A stretch of DNA of 37,638 nucleotides, from positions 1 to 37,638 of IMG/VR virus record IMGVR_UViG_3300011338_000863; one strand, given 5' to 3'. The position numbers were made by a program, and so were the translations under genes. Source of the stretch: a virus. Lineage: Duplodnaviria > Caudoviricetes. Below the pieces are notes generated by a model. It had not been told where the DNA came from. It made no database searches and was given only the letters and a program-made list of their open reading frames with translations. Of the stretch, positions 14,359 through 23,962 are shown one piece after another. Position 1 is the stretch's first letter. The number at the start of each line of letters is the position of its first letter.

Positions 14359-15344
14359 GCACGGCTACTTATGAGAGGATTGAAGAAATTCACCCTCACC
14401 CTAATGCGGACAAGCTCGAGTTCGCTCGGGTCATGAATTATGAGGCCCTGGTTCCTAAGGGTGAGTACATGGTCGGTGAGGACGTTATTTTTATCCATCC
14501 TGACTCGATCCTCCCCGATCAGCCATGGGCTGAACCATTTAAGAAGTATGTCCGCGGACGGGTGCGAGCCATTAAGATCCGCGGTGCTTACTCGATGGGG
14601 ATCATTGCCAAGACGAACATCATGCCGTTCCCGGGAGCCGGTGACACTTGGTACTACGGCAAGGATGTTTCCGACTTGTTGGGCATCACTAAGCATGAGC
14701 CTGCTTTGCCTAAGGACACCAAAGCCAAGGGCGCGCTTCCATTCGGTATTTACAAGACCGATGAGAGCAATTGGCAAGGACTAAGGCATCTGCCATGGGG
14801 AGAAGAAGTTGACGTCACCCTTAAGATTGACGGCCAGAGCGCGACTTATTATTGCAAGAAAGTCAACGACGAGTGGGTGACTGGGATTACATCGCGCAAT
14901 CTTGAAATCAAGATGGAATGTCATAACCATCTAACCTATGCCAATGAGCAATTGCAGATCCTTGATAAGCTAAAGGCTTATTGCCAGAAGCATGACTTGT
15001 CATTGGCGTTACGCGGCGAGCTTTATGGTACAGGCATTCAGGCCCACCAATACAACCCTCATTCGATGATGCCGGTGTCTTGGGCATGCTTCAACCTTAT
15101 GAATATCGATACTTTGACCTATTTCTTTAAGGGTTCTGAGCATTATTATGAGGACGCATGCGTTGAGATGGAACTTCCAACTACGCCGGTTATCGAACGC
15201 GCGCCGTTGACCAAAGAGCTCATCCACAAGTACGACGAAGAGCTCGAAGAGCTGTTCGGGGTTGGATTCGAAGGCGTGGTAATGAAGCATTCGACTGGAT
15301 CATTCAAGGTTATTAATAAATTTTACGATTCAAGAAAGACATAA
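14355..15344 (+). CDS. ATP-dependent RNA ligase, DRB0094/Rnl5 family
   Basis: N-terminal OB-like IHPHPNADKLE...IHPDSILP...IKIRGAYSMG; motif I TLKIDGQS, SRN, RGELYG.GIQ, FEGVV, SFKVIN. Confidence 0.88.
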   Translation: MSTATYERIEEIHPHPNADKLEFARVMNYEALVPKGEYMVGEDVIFIHPDSILPDQPWAEPFKKYVRGRVRAIKIRGAYSMGIIAKTNIMPFPGAGDTWYYGKDVSDLLGITKHEPALPKDTKAKGALPFGIYKTDESNWQGLRHLPWGEEVDVTLKIDGQSATYYCKKVNDEWVTGITSRNLEIKMECHNHLTYANEQLQILDKLKAYCQKHDLSLALRGELYGTGIQAHQYNPHSMMPVSWACFNLMNIDTLTYFFKGSEHYYEDACVEMELPTTPVIERAPLTKELIHKYDEELEELFGVGFEGVVMKHSTGSFKVINKFYDSRKT

Positions 15345-15590
15345 ATGAAAATATTTGGCCTTAATGTCCTAACTGATGCCCAGTTGATGATGAAGCTCAT
15401 GGAGATAGGCGTTCCTCACGAGTTTGTTCTGGCCTTGGTGCATGAAATTTCTCAGGGTAACGGCAGCATTAAGTTGTCGCCTCCTCTTGCCGCGGGCATA
15501 CTCGCCATCATGAAGCTCAAGGGAATGGACCCGCAATTTACGGTTCTGGACAAATCTTCTGAACCGAAGGAAGATGTGGTGCTCAATTGA
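15345..15590 (+). CDS. Hypothetical protein
   Basis: 81-aa ORF abutting the ligase stop. Confidence 0.65.
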   Translation: MKIFGLNVLTDAQLMMKLMEIGVPHEFVLALVHEISQGNGSIKLSPPLAAGILAIMKLKGMDPQFTVLDKSSEPKEDVVLN

Positions 15591-16015
15591 CAGCGAAAAG
15601 AAGCTACCTCGGCAAGAATTACGTTGGCCTTTCTGGGATGATCAGCAAGGTTACCGACCATGAAGTCAGCGGATACCGTGTCATCGAGTTCCAATTGGAC
15701 TCTCTCTCTTCGTATTACAGCAAGAAAGACGGCGAGACCAAGAAATTCACCCAACGGGTGCCCTGCAAGTTCTGGGACAAGAACGGGGACGCCCCCATAG
15801 AAGCGGGTTGGTATGTGCATCTGGAGGGCCAGATAGCCTCTGATAAACATTCAGGACTGCATGTTAAAGCGCGCATTGTCGACCGTGTTTTCGAGGACCA
15901 GAGCGCTCTCGATGAAGAATACCGCGCCAAACCTAAGCCACCGCCTGTGGCTAAGCAGGAAGACATCTCGTTCCCGGACATTCCCCCAATGACCGATGAA
16001 GATATTCCGTATTAA
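15587..16015 (+). CDS. ssb: Single-stranded DNA-binding protein
   Basis: OB-fold pattern (NYVGLSG...GETKKFTQRVPCKFW...G.YVHLEGQI) and acidic tail DEDIPY. Confidence 0.8.
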   Translation: MTAKRSYLGKNYVGLSGMISKVTDHEVSGYRVIEFQLDSLSSYYSKKDGETKKFTQRVPCKFWDKNGDAPIEAGWYVHLEGQIASDKHSGLHVKARIVDRVFEDQSALDEEYRAKPKPPPVAKQEDISFPDIPPMTDEDIPY

Positions 16016-16029
16016 TTGTACACATGGTG

Positions 16030-16058
16030 TTGACAAGATAATTCGTGTCTGATAGTCT
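16030..16058 (+). promoter_or_regulatory. sigma70-type promoter
   Basis: TTGACA, 17 nt, TAGTCT with TGn extension; then AAGGAG and ATG 16081. Confidence 0.7.
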
Positions 16059-16080
16059 CTGATTAAGGAGACTGGCAAAC

Positions 16081-16470
16081 ATGAACACAGAAAAAATCGA
16101 ACTTCAAGCAGGAAATTTCATAACCATCGACGCGGACCCTTCGGTCCTCCAGGATTACGTGATCGCTATTCGTGCGCGCATGAAAATCCTTGAAGAAGAG
16201 GCACGCCTTTATGATGATGCCATGATGGCCCTGGTTAAGGCCAAGAACGGCAAGATTTCGTCTGATTTCGGTGAGTTCAAGGGGGAGGTTACCCTATGCG
16301 CCAAGAAGAAGTACAAGTTCAGCGTAGAAGTCCAGGACCTTGAGCAGCAGGCCAAGTATCTCGATACCAAGATTAAAGCCAAGAAAATGGTTGAGATTGC
16401 TTCCGGAGCGGAGGTGGACTCAGTTGATGAGTATTTGCGATACAACATCAAAATGAAGAAGGAGGATTGA
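16081..16470 (+). CDS. Hypothetical coiled-coil protein
   Basis: 129-aa ORF with promoter and SD. Confidence 0.75.
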   Translation: MNTEKIELQAGNFITIDADPSVLQDYVIAIRARMKILEEEARLYDDAMMALVKAKNGKISSDFGEFKGEVTLCAKKKYKFSVEVQDLEQQAKYLDTKIKAKKMVEIASGAEVDSVDEYLRYNIKMKKED

Positions 16471-16472
16471 AT

Positions 16473-16637
16473 ATGGAAAAGATCATTGTTCATTACGATT
16501 ACCCTCCAATACCATATCGTGGATGGGACTATTCTGCGGTGAGAGATAGCTATGAACCGGGAAATTATATCGGCAGTGGCAGCACGGCTGTTGAAGCGAT
16601 TCGGGATCTCTTGGAGCAAGAGGAAGAAAACGAATGA
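16473..16637 (+). CDS. Small conserved-looking phage protein (54 aa)
   Basis: MEKIIVHYDYPPIPYRGWDYSAVRDSYEPGNYIGSGSTAVEAIRDL; GGAGG SD; ATGA coupling. Not in the ORF track. Confidence 0.7.
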   Translation: MEKIIVHYDYPPIPYRGWDYSAVRDSYEPGNYIGSGSTAVEAIRDLLEQEEENE

Positions 16638-16840
16638 AACAGATTAGGCACAAAAAATATGGGGTGATGCTGTTAAGGGACTGTGCGCTTGGTGAGCCTG
16701 GGTGTCTGATATCCCAGCACTCAAGTTTGACCAGGGCAGAGAAATGCCTGCGTTCATGGGCGCGGGGAGGATGGGATGGTTTTATGCATGTTGCTGAAGT
16801 CATCCCCGAAGAGCCAATTCAACCAATAAAGGAGGATTGA
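16634..16840 (+). CDS. Hypothetical protein
   Basis: Coupled small ORF. Confidence 0.6.
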   Translation: MKQIRHKKYGVMLLRDCALGEPGCLISQHSSLTRAEKCLRSWARGGWDGFMHVAEVIPEEPIQPIKED

Positions 16841-16841
16841 A

Positions 16842-17057
16842 ATGTCAGACGGACCTTGGGGAATCATGGATAGAAACGAGTTCAAGAGGCTTTACACCGA
16901 TGAGATTGGTTTGACCCTTGATGAATACAATAATGCCGCAAATGAGGCCATTCAAGAAAGAAAACTCAGTGGGGATTGTCCTAAGTGCGGTCACCGAGGA
17001 GAGTTTATAAGGATGGCATTATGCTGTCCTCAACACGGCGTTTTTGGAGGATGTTAA
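16842..17057 (+). CDS. Small zinc-ribbon protein
   Basis: CPKCG...CCPQHG; GGAGG SD. Confidence 0.7.
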   Translation: MSDGPWGIMDRNEFKRLYTDEIGLTLDEYNNAANEAIQERKLSGDCPKCGHRGEFIRMALCCPQHGVFGGC

Positions 17058-17107
17058 ATGGATCACATCAGGATTTGCGAATTTAAAAACACTAAGAAGG
17101 AGTAAAT

Positions 17108-17290
17108 ATGAAGAAAAAACGCGTATCAGTCCACGTAAGAATGGACCCTGACATCGTCGAATACCTCGACAACGAAATGAAAGCAATGAGCCGCTCGGCC
17201 GCAATCCATGTCCTCGTCAATGAGGCGATAGATAATGCGCAACGAGACGACCGCGCGCTTAAAAGATTAGCAGCAAGAAAAGGAGTCTAA
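17108..17290 (+). CDS. Ribbon-helix-helix (CopG/Arc-like) DNA-binding protein
   Basis: RVSVHVRMDPDIVEYLD....MSRSAAIHVLVNEAI; AAGGAG SD. Confidence 0.75.
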   Translation: MKKKRVSVHVRMDPDIVEYLDNEMKAMSRSAAIHVLVNEAIDNAQRDDRALKRLAARKGV

Positions 17291-17317
17291 CCATGCAGTA
17301 CATAATGAGGGAGCACT

Positions 17318-18346
17318 ATGGACGTAAGAGTTTCAGACGCAGATCTATCCGACCCGAACCTGTTCACGCTTAGCTTTTTCCTTAAAGACAAATCCACCCT
17401 GCACCCGATTGAATATCGGAGACTGGCATTAGGGTACTTGGTGGATTTGTGGCATAATGCCACTGACAAACTGCTCACAACAAAGGAGATGAGTTGCATC
17501 CTAAAGATACAGGATAACGACTATGCTGTCAAATTAATAAGCGCGCTCAAGGATTGCGGATACATTACCGAGGAAGAGGGCGGGTTCAGAATCGTAAGAC
17601 ACACGTCTCACCAAAATCTCCCCCCCTCTGATCCGACTCCTAATCCAGTAACAACTGATGAGCATGAAACAACATCTAACCGGATGACTTACGCTTACGC
17701 TCCAGTCACGCTCTGCGAGCGAACGGATGCTCACTCCGCTTCGCTCCGTGATCAGTACGAGCAAAGTCAAGAGAAAAGCAAGAGTAAATCTGAAAAAAAG
17801 TTAAAAAACATCGAAAAAACAGCAGAAATCGTCAAAAAAGACCACTTTTTAGCCCAAAAGTCCCTTGACGAGATTTTGCTAGCATCGCTACCAGACGACT
17901 GCACTATCGTTCCGTCGATTTCAGTGACAAGCACTGAAATTCCCTCAAAGCGGGGTGTTAATCTCTATTATTGTATCTATGAATACTATGCTGAGAGGTA
18001 TGCGGATGTGATGAATGGTGCTGAGCCATCTAAGTGGACCAAGCGTGACTTCGGCGCGTGCAAGGCGCTTCTGGATAAATACGGTGAGGATAGGGTTAAG
18101 CAGATTATCGACCGTTATTTTAAGTTTAAGCCGCGGTACTCGATAAAGGATGGATACCCATTCAGCTCGGGGTACTCTTCAGTGGCGTTCTTGGCTGGAG
18201 AGATTGACGCAGACATCAAGAACCCTGGACGTCTCCTGCAGCAGAAGAGCGGCCAGAAGATAATCGAGAATGAGATGGCGATAGCCAATAGGGCGAGAAG
18301 CATTTTTGGAGGTAATTCTAATGTCAGAGAGCGTACGCGATCTTAA
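17318..18346 (+). CDS. Putative replication initiator protein
   Basis: N-terminal winged-helix-like region (ALGYLVDLWH...LKDCGYI.E...GFRI), low-complexity linker, C-terminal helical domain; position typical of phage initiators. Confidence 0.5.
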   Translation: MDVRVSDADLSDPNLFTLSFFLKDKSTLHPIEYRRLALGYLVDLWHNATDKLLTTKEMSCILKIQDNDYAVKLISALKDCGYITEEEGGFRIVRHTSHQNLPPSDPTPNPVTTDEHETTSNRMTYAYAPVTLCERTDAHSASLRDQYEQSQEKSKSKSEKKLKNIEKTAEIVKKDHFLAQKSLDEILLASLPDDCTIVPSISVTSTEIPSKRGVNLYYCIYEYYAERYADVMNGAEPSKWTKRDFGACKALLDKYGEDRVKQIIDRYFKFKPRYSIKDGYPFSSGYSSVAFLAGEIDADIKNPGRLLQQKSGQKIIENEMAIANRARSIFGGNSNVRERTRS

Positions 18347-19055
18347 AAAACGAATAGCAGAACTCGAAGAAAGATTTGATTTACGCAAAAAAAATGACCA
18401 TATTGATGAGTTGCACCCCATACCCAGGGTTTACCACGGGAGGACAATGAACTCTAAGCGGATCAATGAAACAGAGGATAACAAAGCATGGTTCACCAGA
18501 GAACTTGATAACATGAGGAGAATGTTCGCTCGATTCGGCTTAAGCCAGAAGATGCTTGAGGAATACGACGGTGTTAATGAGAAATATGCGATAGCCTTTG
18601 GCGATTGTCGCCGAGACTACATGACTGATACCATCATTAAAATGTGCGGCGGGGACAAGTTCCCCCTGATAAGGGAGATGCGTGAAGAATATAATCGGGT
18701 TAGCGAAAGAGCTCGTATTGACAATCCAAATAATCGACTTAATGCGCCGGTGCAAAAGGAACCAACACGCGAAGAGTATAAGGCCTCAGTCTACGGGATG
18801 ATGTACGTACATTACGTGATTGGTATTACCCCGGACAGCGAATGCCTGATGTCTTATTTCAAGGAGAAGTTCGGTGATATCCCATACGACATCAAGAAAA
18901 TCGAGGAAATCCTGCCCCGTGAACTTGTCCTACGCGTGGTTGAAAGCAAGGCCGATAAGAAGTCAGACGATGAATACGAAGATAGGGTGTCCGAGCCTAA
19001 AAAGAAGATTAAAGTGGTTGGGGATATAACTCGGATTCAGTGTGAGATGAATTAG
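18321..19055 (+). CDS. Hypothetical protein (helicase-loader position)
   Basis: Long ORF directly after the initiator-like gene; ATG 18321 after GGAGG. No ATPase motif seen. Confidence 0.55.
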   Translation: MSESVRDLKKRIAELEERFDLRKKNDHIDELHPIPRVYHGRTMNSKRINETEDNKAWFTRELDNMRRMFARFGLSQKMLEEYDGVNEKYAIAFGDCRRDYMTDTIIKMCGGDKFPLIREMREEYNRVSERARIDNPNNRLNAPVQKEPTREEYKASVYGMMYVHYVIGITPDSECLMSYFKEKFGDIPYDIKKIEEILPRELVLRVVESKADKKSDDEYEDRVSEPKKKIKVVGDITRIQCEMN

Positions 19056-19311
19056 GGCTCATGAAGTAAGAGAACTTGCTTTTTGCTATCCTCATGGCTT
19101 CTTCCTTGGTTTTAATCCCTGACTGAACCAACATTGACACACCACTCTCGTTGAGAACTATCTTAATACTGAATCCCTCTTCGTACTTTAGGACGTTGTC
19201 CTCTGGGATGTTCTCATGCCAGGTCACCATCAAGGCTAAATTCATGTGATGGCCTAAAGTTGATACCTTGTAGTCTGCGAATACTTTTTTTGGTGTGAAT
19301 TCCATTGCCAA
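19009..19311 (-). CDS. Hypothetical protein
   Basis: Minus-strand ORF with AAGGAG SD. Confidence 0.65.
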   Translation of the reverse strand: MAMEFTPKKVFADYKVSTLGHHMNLALMVTWHENIPEDNVLKYEEGFSIKIVLNESGVSMLVQSGIKTKEEAMRIAKSKFSYFMSPNSSHTESELYPQPL

Positions 19312-19316
19312 TCTCC

Positions 19317-19655
19317 TTAGTTCTGATGGTTAAACTGAGCGACGCGGTTTCTTTTGAGCTCGCGTTGCATGTCTTGTACGACTATCGTGTAGTCTTCTTC
19401 ATTGGTTAAATCGAAATCAGGGAAAATACGTGATTGAAAGTCCTTAGCTGCAAATAAGGCAGTCAGCATGAACGACGTCACTGATTCTTTGATGAAATCG
19501 AATGAAGCGTTGTACTTGTTAAGAAGAACCGGCCTGTCTTCGGTGTAATTATCCCAGGCATCGACAATCGCCTGCGCCTCTTTGAGGCTTAATCCCTTGT
19601 TAATCAGCTCAGACTCTTCAAATCGAATTAACTTCATCATTATTTGAGCTTTCAT
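19317..19655 (-). CDS. Hypothetical protein
   Basis: Minus-strand ORF, ATGA-coupled. Confidence 0.7.
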   Translation of the reverse strand: MKAQIMMKLIRFEESELINKGLSLKEAQAIVDAWDNYTEDRPVLLNKYNASFDFIKESVTSFMLTALFAAKDFQSRIFPDFDLTNEEDYTIVVQDMQRELKRNRVAQFNHQN

Positions 19656-19843
19656 GAGTTCTCCATTCTGAAGAATACGTCGCCTTTAATTATTATCTCC
19701 ACTGCGTCCAAGCGTACTTTAAAGTCTTCCTTGTCCTTAACTTCTTTTTTGGCCACATCGTCGTTTATCAGTTTGTAAAGATACATCACTGCTTCGTGTC
19801 TTTGTTGGTCTGTCATTCTATCTCCTTTGTTGGCTGAGCTCAT
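19652..19843 (-). CDS. Hypothetical protein
   Basis: First gene of a small leftward unit; alternative start at 19816 with AAGGAG. Confidence 0.6.
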   Translation of the reverse strand: MSSANKGDRMTDQQRHEAVMYLYKLINDDVAKKEVKDKEDFKVRLDAVEIIIKGDVFFRMENS

Positions 19844-19849
19844 AAATTA

Positions 19850-19877
19850 ATGATATCAGATTCCAATAATATGTCAA
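19850..19877 (-). promoter_or_regulatory. Leftward sigma70-type promoter
   Basis: TTGACA, 16 nt, TATCAT with TGn extension. Confidence 0.55.
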
Positions 19878-19916
19878 CATCATGTTTACAGTTAATTCAA
19901 GCTTAACCTGTAATTA

Positions 19917-19944
19917 TTGACAAACGTCATTAAAGTGCTACTTC
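19917..19944 (+). promoter_or_regulatory. Possible rightward promoter of the packaging/late operon
   Basis: TTGACA at 19917 followed 16 nt later by (TGC)TACTTC; divergent from the leftward promoter. Confidence 0.4.
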
Positions 19945-20013
19945 GCAAATTGGGGTACCTGGGTAGCGAGGGCGCAATGGTGCGCCTTTCGCTTATGTGG
20001 GAATTGGTGAATT

Positions 20014-20280
20014 TTGAATAATGAATTGGACACAGTAAGTAAGTTCCTTGACCAGTGTCCAGCAGATCAGGTTGAGCAGTTTCTGAAGATGACTCCACAG
20101 GAAAGGAATATGATCCTTTATGGTGGTAATCACGCGGAGAATCATGCTGCCTATATGGTTGGTTATCATCGAGCAAAGATGGTTTCTCACCTGATCGAGA
20201 GATTGGTGATGTTATTGGAGATAAGATGCCAGCCGGTAGGCCAACAGAATACAAAGAAGAATATTGCCGTAAGCTTGTAA
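20014..20280 (+). CDS. Hypothetical protein
   Basis: 88-aa ORF ahead of TerS; TTG start. Confidence 0.45.
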   Translation: MNNELDTVSKFLDQCPADQVEQFLKMTPQERNMILYGGNHAENHAAYMVGYHRAKMVSHLIERLVMLLEIRCQPVGQQNTKKNIAVSL

Positions 20281-20624
20281 TGCACATGAGAGACGGCATG
20301 AGCTTCGAATCATTTGCCCCGGAAGTTGGCGTTAATCGTGACACGCTCTATGAATGGGCAAATAAGCATGAAGAATTTTCCGACGCTAAAAAGACTGGTT
20401 CAGACTTCCGTTTGAGCTGGTGTGAAACGCAAATGGACTCCATGATTACGGGTAAGCATCAAGGCAATGCTGCTTTGCTGATATTCAAAATGAGGAATAT
20501 CGAGAAGAAGCTCTACGGTGATGCTGAGACCGATAAAAAGGTCGTCAACAACAACTTTAACCTGAGTACGGATCAGGCCAATAAGATTGTTGAGATAGCA
20601 AAATCACCGCATGAATCCTCATGA
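20226..20624 (+). CDS. terS: Terminase small subunit
   Basis: GRPTEY...G.S....A..GV.RDTLYEW...H.EFSDA; directly upstream of TerL. Confidence 0.85.
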   Translation: MPAGRPTEYKEEYCRKLVMHMRDGMSFESFAPEVGVNRDTLYEWANKHEEFSDAKKTGSDFRLSWCETQMDSMITGKHQGNAALLIFKMRNIEKKLYGDAETDKKVVNNNFNLSTDQANKIVEIAKSPHESS

Positions 20625-22005
20625 AATCTATCAAGCGGCAATAAGGAAGCTATGGGAAGTAGGAGACTTACAATACAAGCTCCATGCTGACCAAAAGCTG
20701 TTGGACCGCAAGATTAAGAGCACGCCGCATCGTAAGTATGTGCTCATGTGCGGAAGGCGTTACGGCAAGACAACCTTTTGCTGTATCCGTGCCTTAGAGC
20801 ACTGCATCCAAAATCCAAATGCTCGTGTCATTTACGCCGCGCCCACTGCCAAGCAAGCCGAAGGCATTATCCTGCCTATTATGCGCAAGGTCCTTGAGGA
20901 CTGTCCAGATGACCTCAAACCAGAATTCAAAGAGCAGAAGAAAAAGTTCATGTTCGCCAACGGTGCCGAGATTAAGATCGATGGTGCCGATGATGAACGT
21001 GGCAACCACTTGCGCGGTCCATTCGCTACCCTGATCATCGCTGACGAGTGTGGTTTTTGGCGACATTGCGAATATGTATTAACACATGTGCTATTGCCTC
21101 AGACGATTGATTGCGGTGGGAAGATGATTCTTATCTCTACGCCTCCTGAGTCGAATGGCCATGAATTCATCAACTTCGTCAACGAGGCCAAGGTCAAGGG
21201 AACATTCGACAAGCGGACCACGCTGGACAATCCAATCCTCACGAAGGAAGCGCTTACAGAGCTCATCGAAGAAGTTGGTGGAGAAGAGTCAGTTGCTTAC
21301 CGGCGTGAATGTTTGTGTGACCTGATTACTGACCCGCGGCGCGCCGTGATTCCTGAATTCAACCAATCTTTCGTCATCAAAGGGGCCAAGTGCCCTCCAG
21401 GGAACAATAAATATGTGTATGCGGACTGGGGTGTTACCCGTGATTTTAGTCATATCCTTTTTGGTTATCATGATTTCAATAAAGCCAAGTTCGTGTTCGA
21501 GGATGAACTCGTCTTCAAATATTCCCTCATCGACGAAATATACAACACCATAAAAGAAAAAGAGACCAAGTTGTGGGGTGAGAATCCTGACACGGACATC
21601 ACCAGAGTCAGTGACGTTGAAGCGCGCCTGCTCACTGAGCTCAAGATGAAATACAAGATGAATTGGGGTCATGCAAACAAGGATGACCGCAAGGAAGTCG
21701 ATGTGAACCGCTTCCGCCAAATGTTCTCACAGAAGAAAATCGAAATAGACGAGCGATGCAAGGTCCTTTTGGCCCAACTTGAATCAGGAATCTGGAATGA
21801 GCACCGCACAGACTACGAGCGCTCGGAACATCTAGGTCATCTAGATGGTATCGATGCGGCACGTTACGGGCTTCGTCTGCTTAACTGGAATCGTCCACCT
21901 AAGTCTATGGAATACGCATCTATCTACACCAACTTTAACATTGACGCGCACACTAAGCGCAAGAACTCATTAAGGGGACCGTCTCATGTACGACGTTATA
22001 TCTAG
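20611..22005 (+). CDS. terL: Terminase large subunit
   Basis: Walker A GRRYGKT, YAAPT, Walker B IIADE, ISTP, nuclease ADWG...D and HLDGIDAARY. Confidence 0.95.
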   Translation: MNPHEIYQAAIRKLWEVGDLQYKLHADQKLLDRKIKSTPHRKYVLMCGRRYGKTTFCCIRALEHCIQNPNARVIYAAPTAKQAEGIILPIMRKVLEDCPDDLKPEFKEQKKKFMFANGAEIKIDGADDERGNHLRGPFATLIIADECGFWRHCEYVLTHVLLPQTIDCGGKMILISTPPESNGHEFINFVNEAKVKGTFDKRTTLDNPILTKEALTELIEEVGGEESVAYRRECLCDLITDPRRAVIPEFNQSFVIKGAKCPPGNNKYVYADWGVTRDFSHILFGYHDFNKAKFVFEDELVFKYSLIDEIYNTIKEKETKLWGENPDTDITRVSDVEARLLTELKMKYKMNWGHANKDDRKEVDVNRFRQMFSQKKIEIDERCKVLLAQLESGIWNEHRTDYERSEHLGHLDGIDAARYGLRLLNWNRPPKSMEYASIYTNFNIDAHTKRKNSLRGPSHVRRYI

Positions 22006-23962
22006 CGAAAACCGATCGCCTTTACTCGACGAGGCCAAGAAGACCACGGGGATTCAGTATCCATCCAAGATGGGAGAATACATTGGCCTGCTCCCACGCG
22101 ACGAGATCGGGAAGGCCATTATCGACAAGATGGACAAGTGGCATGACTCGGTTGTCGGCAATGGTCTCATCGACCAGTGGCGCAGGAATTACCGTCTTTA
22201 TTACAACAGCGACCCATACATGCGCACCAAGCAATATTGGAATGATTTCGGGTTCACTGGCGAACACGGCGAATACTTGAACGTCAAGATCAACCATTAC
22301 CGAAACTTGATCACGCATATGTTGAACATGATCTTCTCGAAGATGCCAGCTTTGAAGTCGAGAGCTGCACAGAACACCTTCGAAGCCACATCGTCTGTGG
22401 ACTTGTGTGACTCTATTCTCGAGAACACCTTCAGCACCAAACGTTTAAACCGCAAGGTCAAGAAGGTCGGTGAAATGGGACTGGTGTTTGGTACCGGATT
22501 CGCCTTGGCTGAGTGGGACGTCATGGAGGGCGAGCCTTATATCACAGATGACATGGGCAGAATCGTTAATACGGGTGACATTAATGTCAGTCCTTTGTCT
22601 GTTCTCGACTTCTACACCGACACTTGCAAGCAAGACGAGAACGATATCGACTGGGAGATTGTTCGCCAATTCAAGAACAAGTATTTGCTGGCTGCTCAGT
22701 TCCCTGATTTCGCACAAAAGATTCTCGATATCGCCGATGACTATCGTAACAACGCGTTGAGCTACTTCGACCAAAACGAATCTGACGACATTCCAATATA
22801 TAAATACTATCACAAACCTGTTCCGGGCCTGATGCCTAATGGGCGCTACGTGATTTGTTTGGATAAGGACATCGTAATCTATGACGGTCCTAATCCTTAC
22901 TCGCGCATCCCTGTGTTCATGATTAAGCCATCTGAAGGGATGGGGACGTTTTACGGGTATAGCCCTTCAAATGACTTGGCTCCGATCCAGATGTTCTACA
23001 ACATGATCATGAGCTCGATTGCCACCAACGCCGCGGCGCATGGCATCCCGAATATTGCAGTCGAGAAGGGCAGCGAGATTACCACGGCTATGCTTGAAGG
23101 TGGAATGAACATGGTCATGGTCGACAAAGGCTATGCTCTTCCTCAACCGCTTAACCTGATGGCCACGCCTCCTGAAATGTACCAATTGACCACATTCCTT
23201 GAACGAATCATGGAGACGGTCAGTGGCGTAAACAGTGTGGCGCGCGGCAACCCTGATGATCAATTGAAGTCAGGTGTTGCGCTTGGCCTGATCCAGTCTA
23301 TGGCGATTCAATTCATGAGTGGATTTCAAAACTCCGTGATTAATTTCATGGAAGATTTGGGCAACCATGTGTTGAGCCTCTATAAGAATTACGCCAACAC
23401 CCCGAGAATCGTGAGCATCGCTGGCCGCGATAAGATTAACGACATTAAGCGCTGGTCGGGCAATGATTTGAGCATGGTTCACAGCGTTTACGTTGAGCCT
23501 GTTGATCCGATGTCTCAGACAATTGCCGGACGTGAAGCGCGCGCCGAGAAGCTGATGAACTCAGGTCAAGTTAGCGGATATGAGTACCTCACGGTTGCGA
23601 CGACTGGTCAGCTTGAACCGATTTACAAGCGGCCGATGGCTGAGTTGAACTACATCCGTTATGAGAATGAGAAGCTGCAAAGTGGTGAATGGGTTGAGGT
23701 TCTGATTACCGATCAGCATCAGATCCACATCGACGAGCACTTGACCATGACCTTTGACCCTGACTTCAGAAGCAAGGTTCAGGTTCCTGGGAACACTGAC
23801 CAAAACACGATGCAGGTTATCCTTGAGCACATCCAGAAACATAAGAACTTCTTGATGCTCGACCAAGCTCCACCTAATGGTCCGCAGATGAACCCAGGGA
23901 ATGGACCGCCACAACAAGGTCCGCCTAAGCCTCCTATGCCTCATCAGATGCAACCACAATGA
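21986..23962 (+). CDS. Portal protein
   Basis: 658 aa after TerL; SGVNSVARG...SGVALGL pattern and Pro/Gln-rich tail typical of podovirus portals. Confidence 0.85.
   Translation: MYDVISSENRSPLLDEAKKTTGIQYPSKMGEYIGLLPRDEIGKAIIDKMDKWHDSVVGNGLIDQWRRNYRLYYNSDPYMRTKQYWNDFGFTGEHGEYLNVKINHYRNLITHMLNMIFSKMPALKSRAAQNTFEATSSVDLCDSILENTFSTKRLNRKVKKVGEMGLVFGTGFALAEWDVMEGEPYITDDMGRIVNTGDINVSPLSVLDFYTDTCKQDENDIDWEIVRQFKNKYLLAAQFPDFAQKILDIADDYRNNALSYFDQNESDDIPIYKYYHKPVPGLMPNGRYVICLDKDIVIYDGPNPYSRIPVFMIKPSEGMGTFYGYSPSNDLAPIQMFYNMIMSSIATNAAAHGIPNIAVEKGSEITTAMLEGGMNMVMVDKGYALPQPLNLMATPPEMYQLTTFLERIMETVSGVNSVARGNPDDQLKSGVALGLIQSMAIQFMSGFQNSVINFMEDLGNHVLSLYKNYANTPRIVSIAGRDKINDIKRWSGNDLSMVHSVYVEPVDPMSQTIAGREARAEKLMNSGQVSGYEYLTVATTGQLEPIYKRPMAELNYIRYENEKLQSGEWVEVLITDQHQIHIDEHLTMTFDPDFRSKVQVPGNTDQNTMQVILEHIQKHKNFLMLDQAPPNGPQMNPGNGPPQQGPPKPPMPHQMQPQ

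Noticed and set aside
14208-14777. 189-aa minus-strand ORF and other long antisense ORFs in the track
   Set aside because: They lie opposite well-supported plus-strand genes and have no SD or recognisable motifs.
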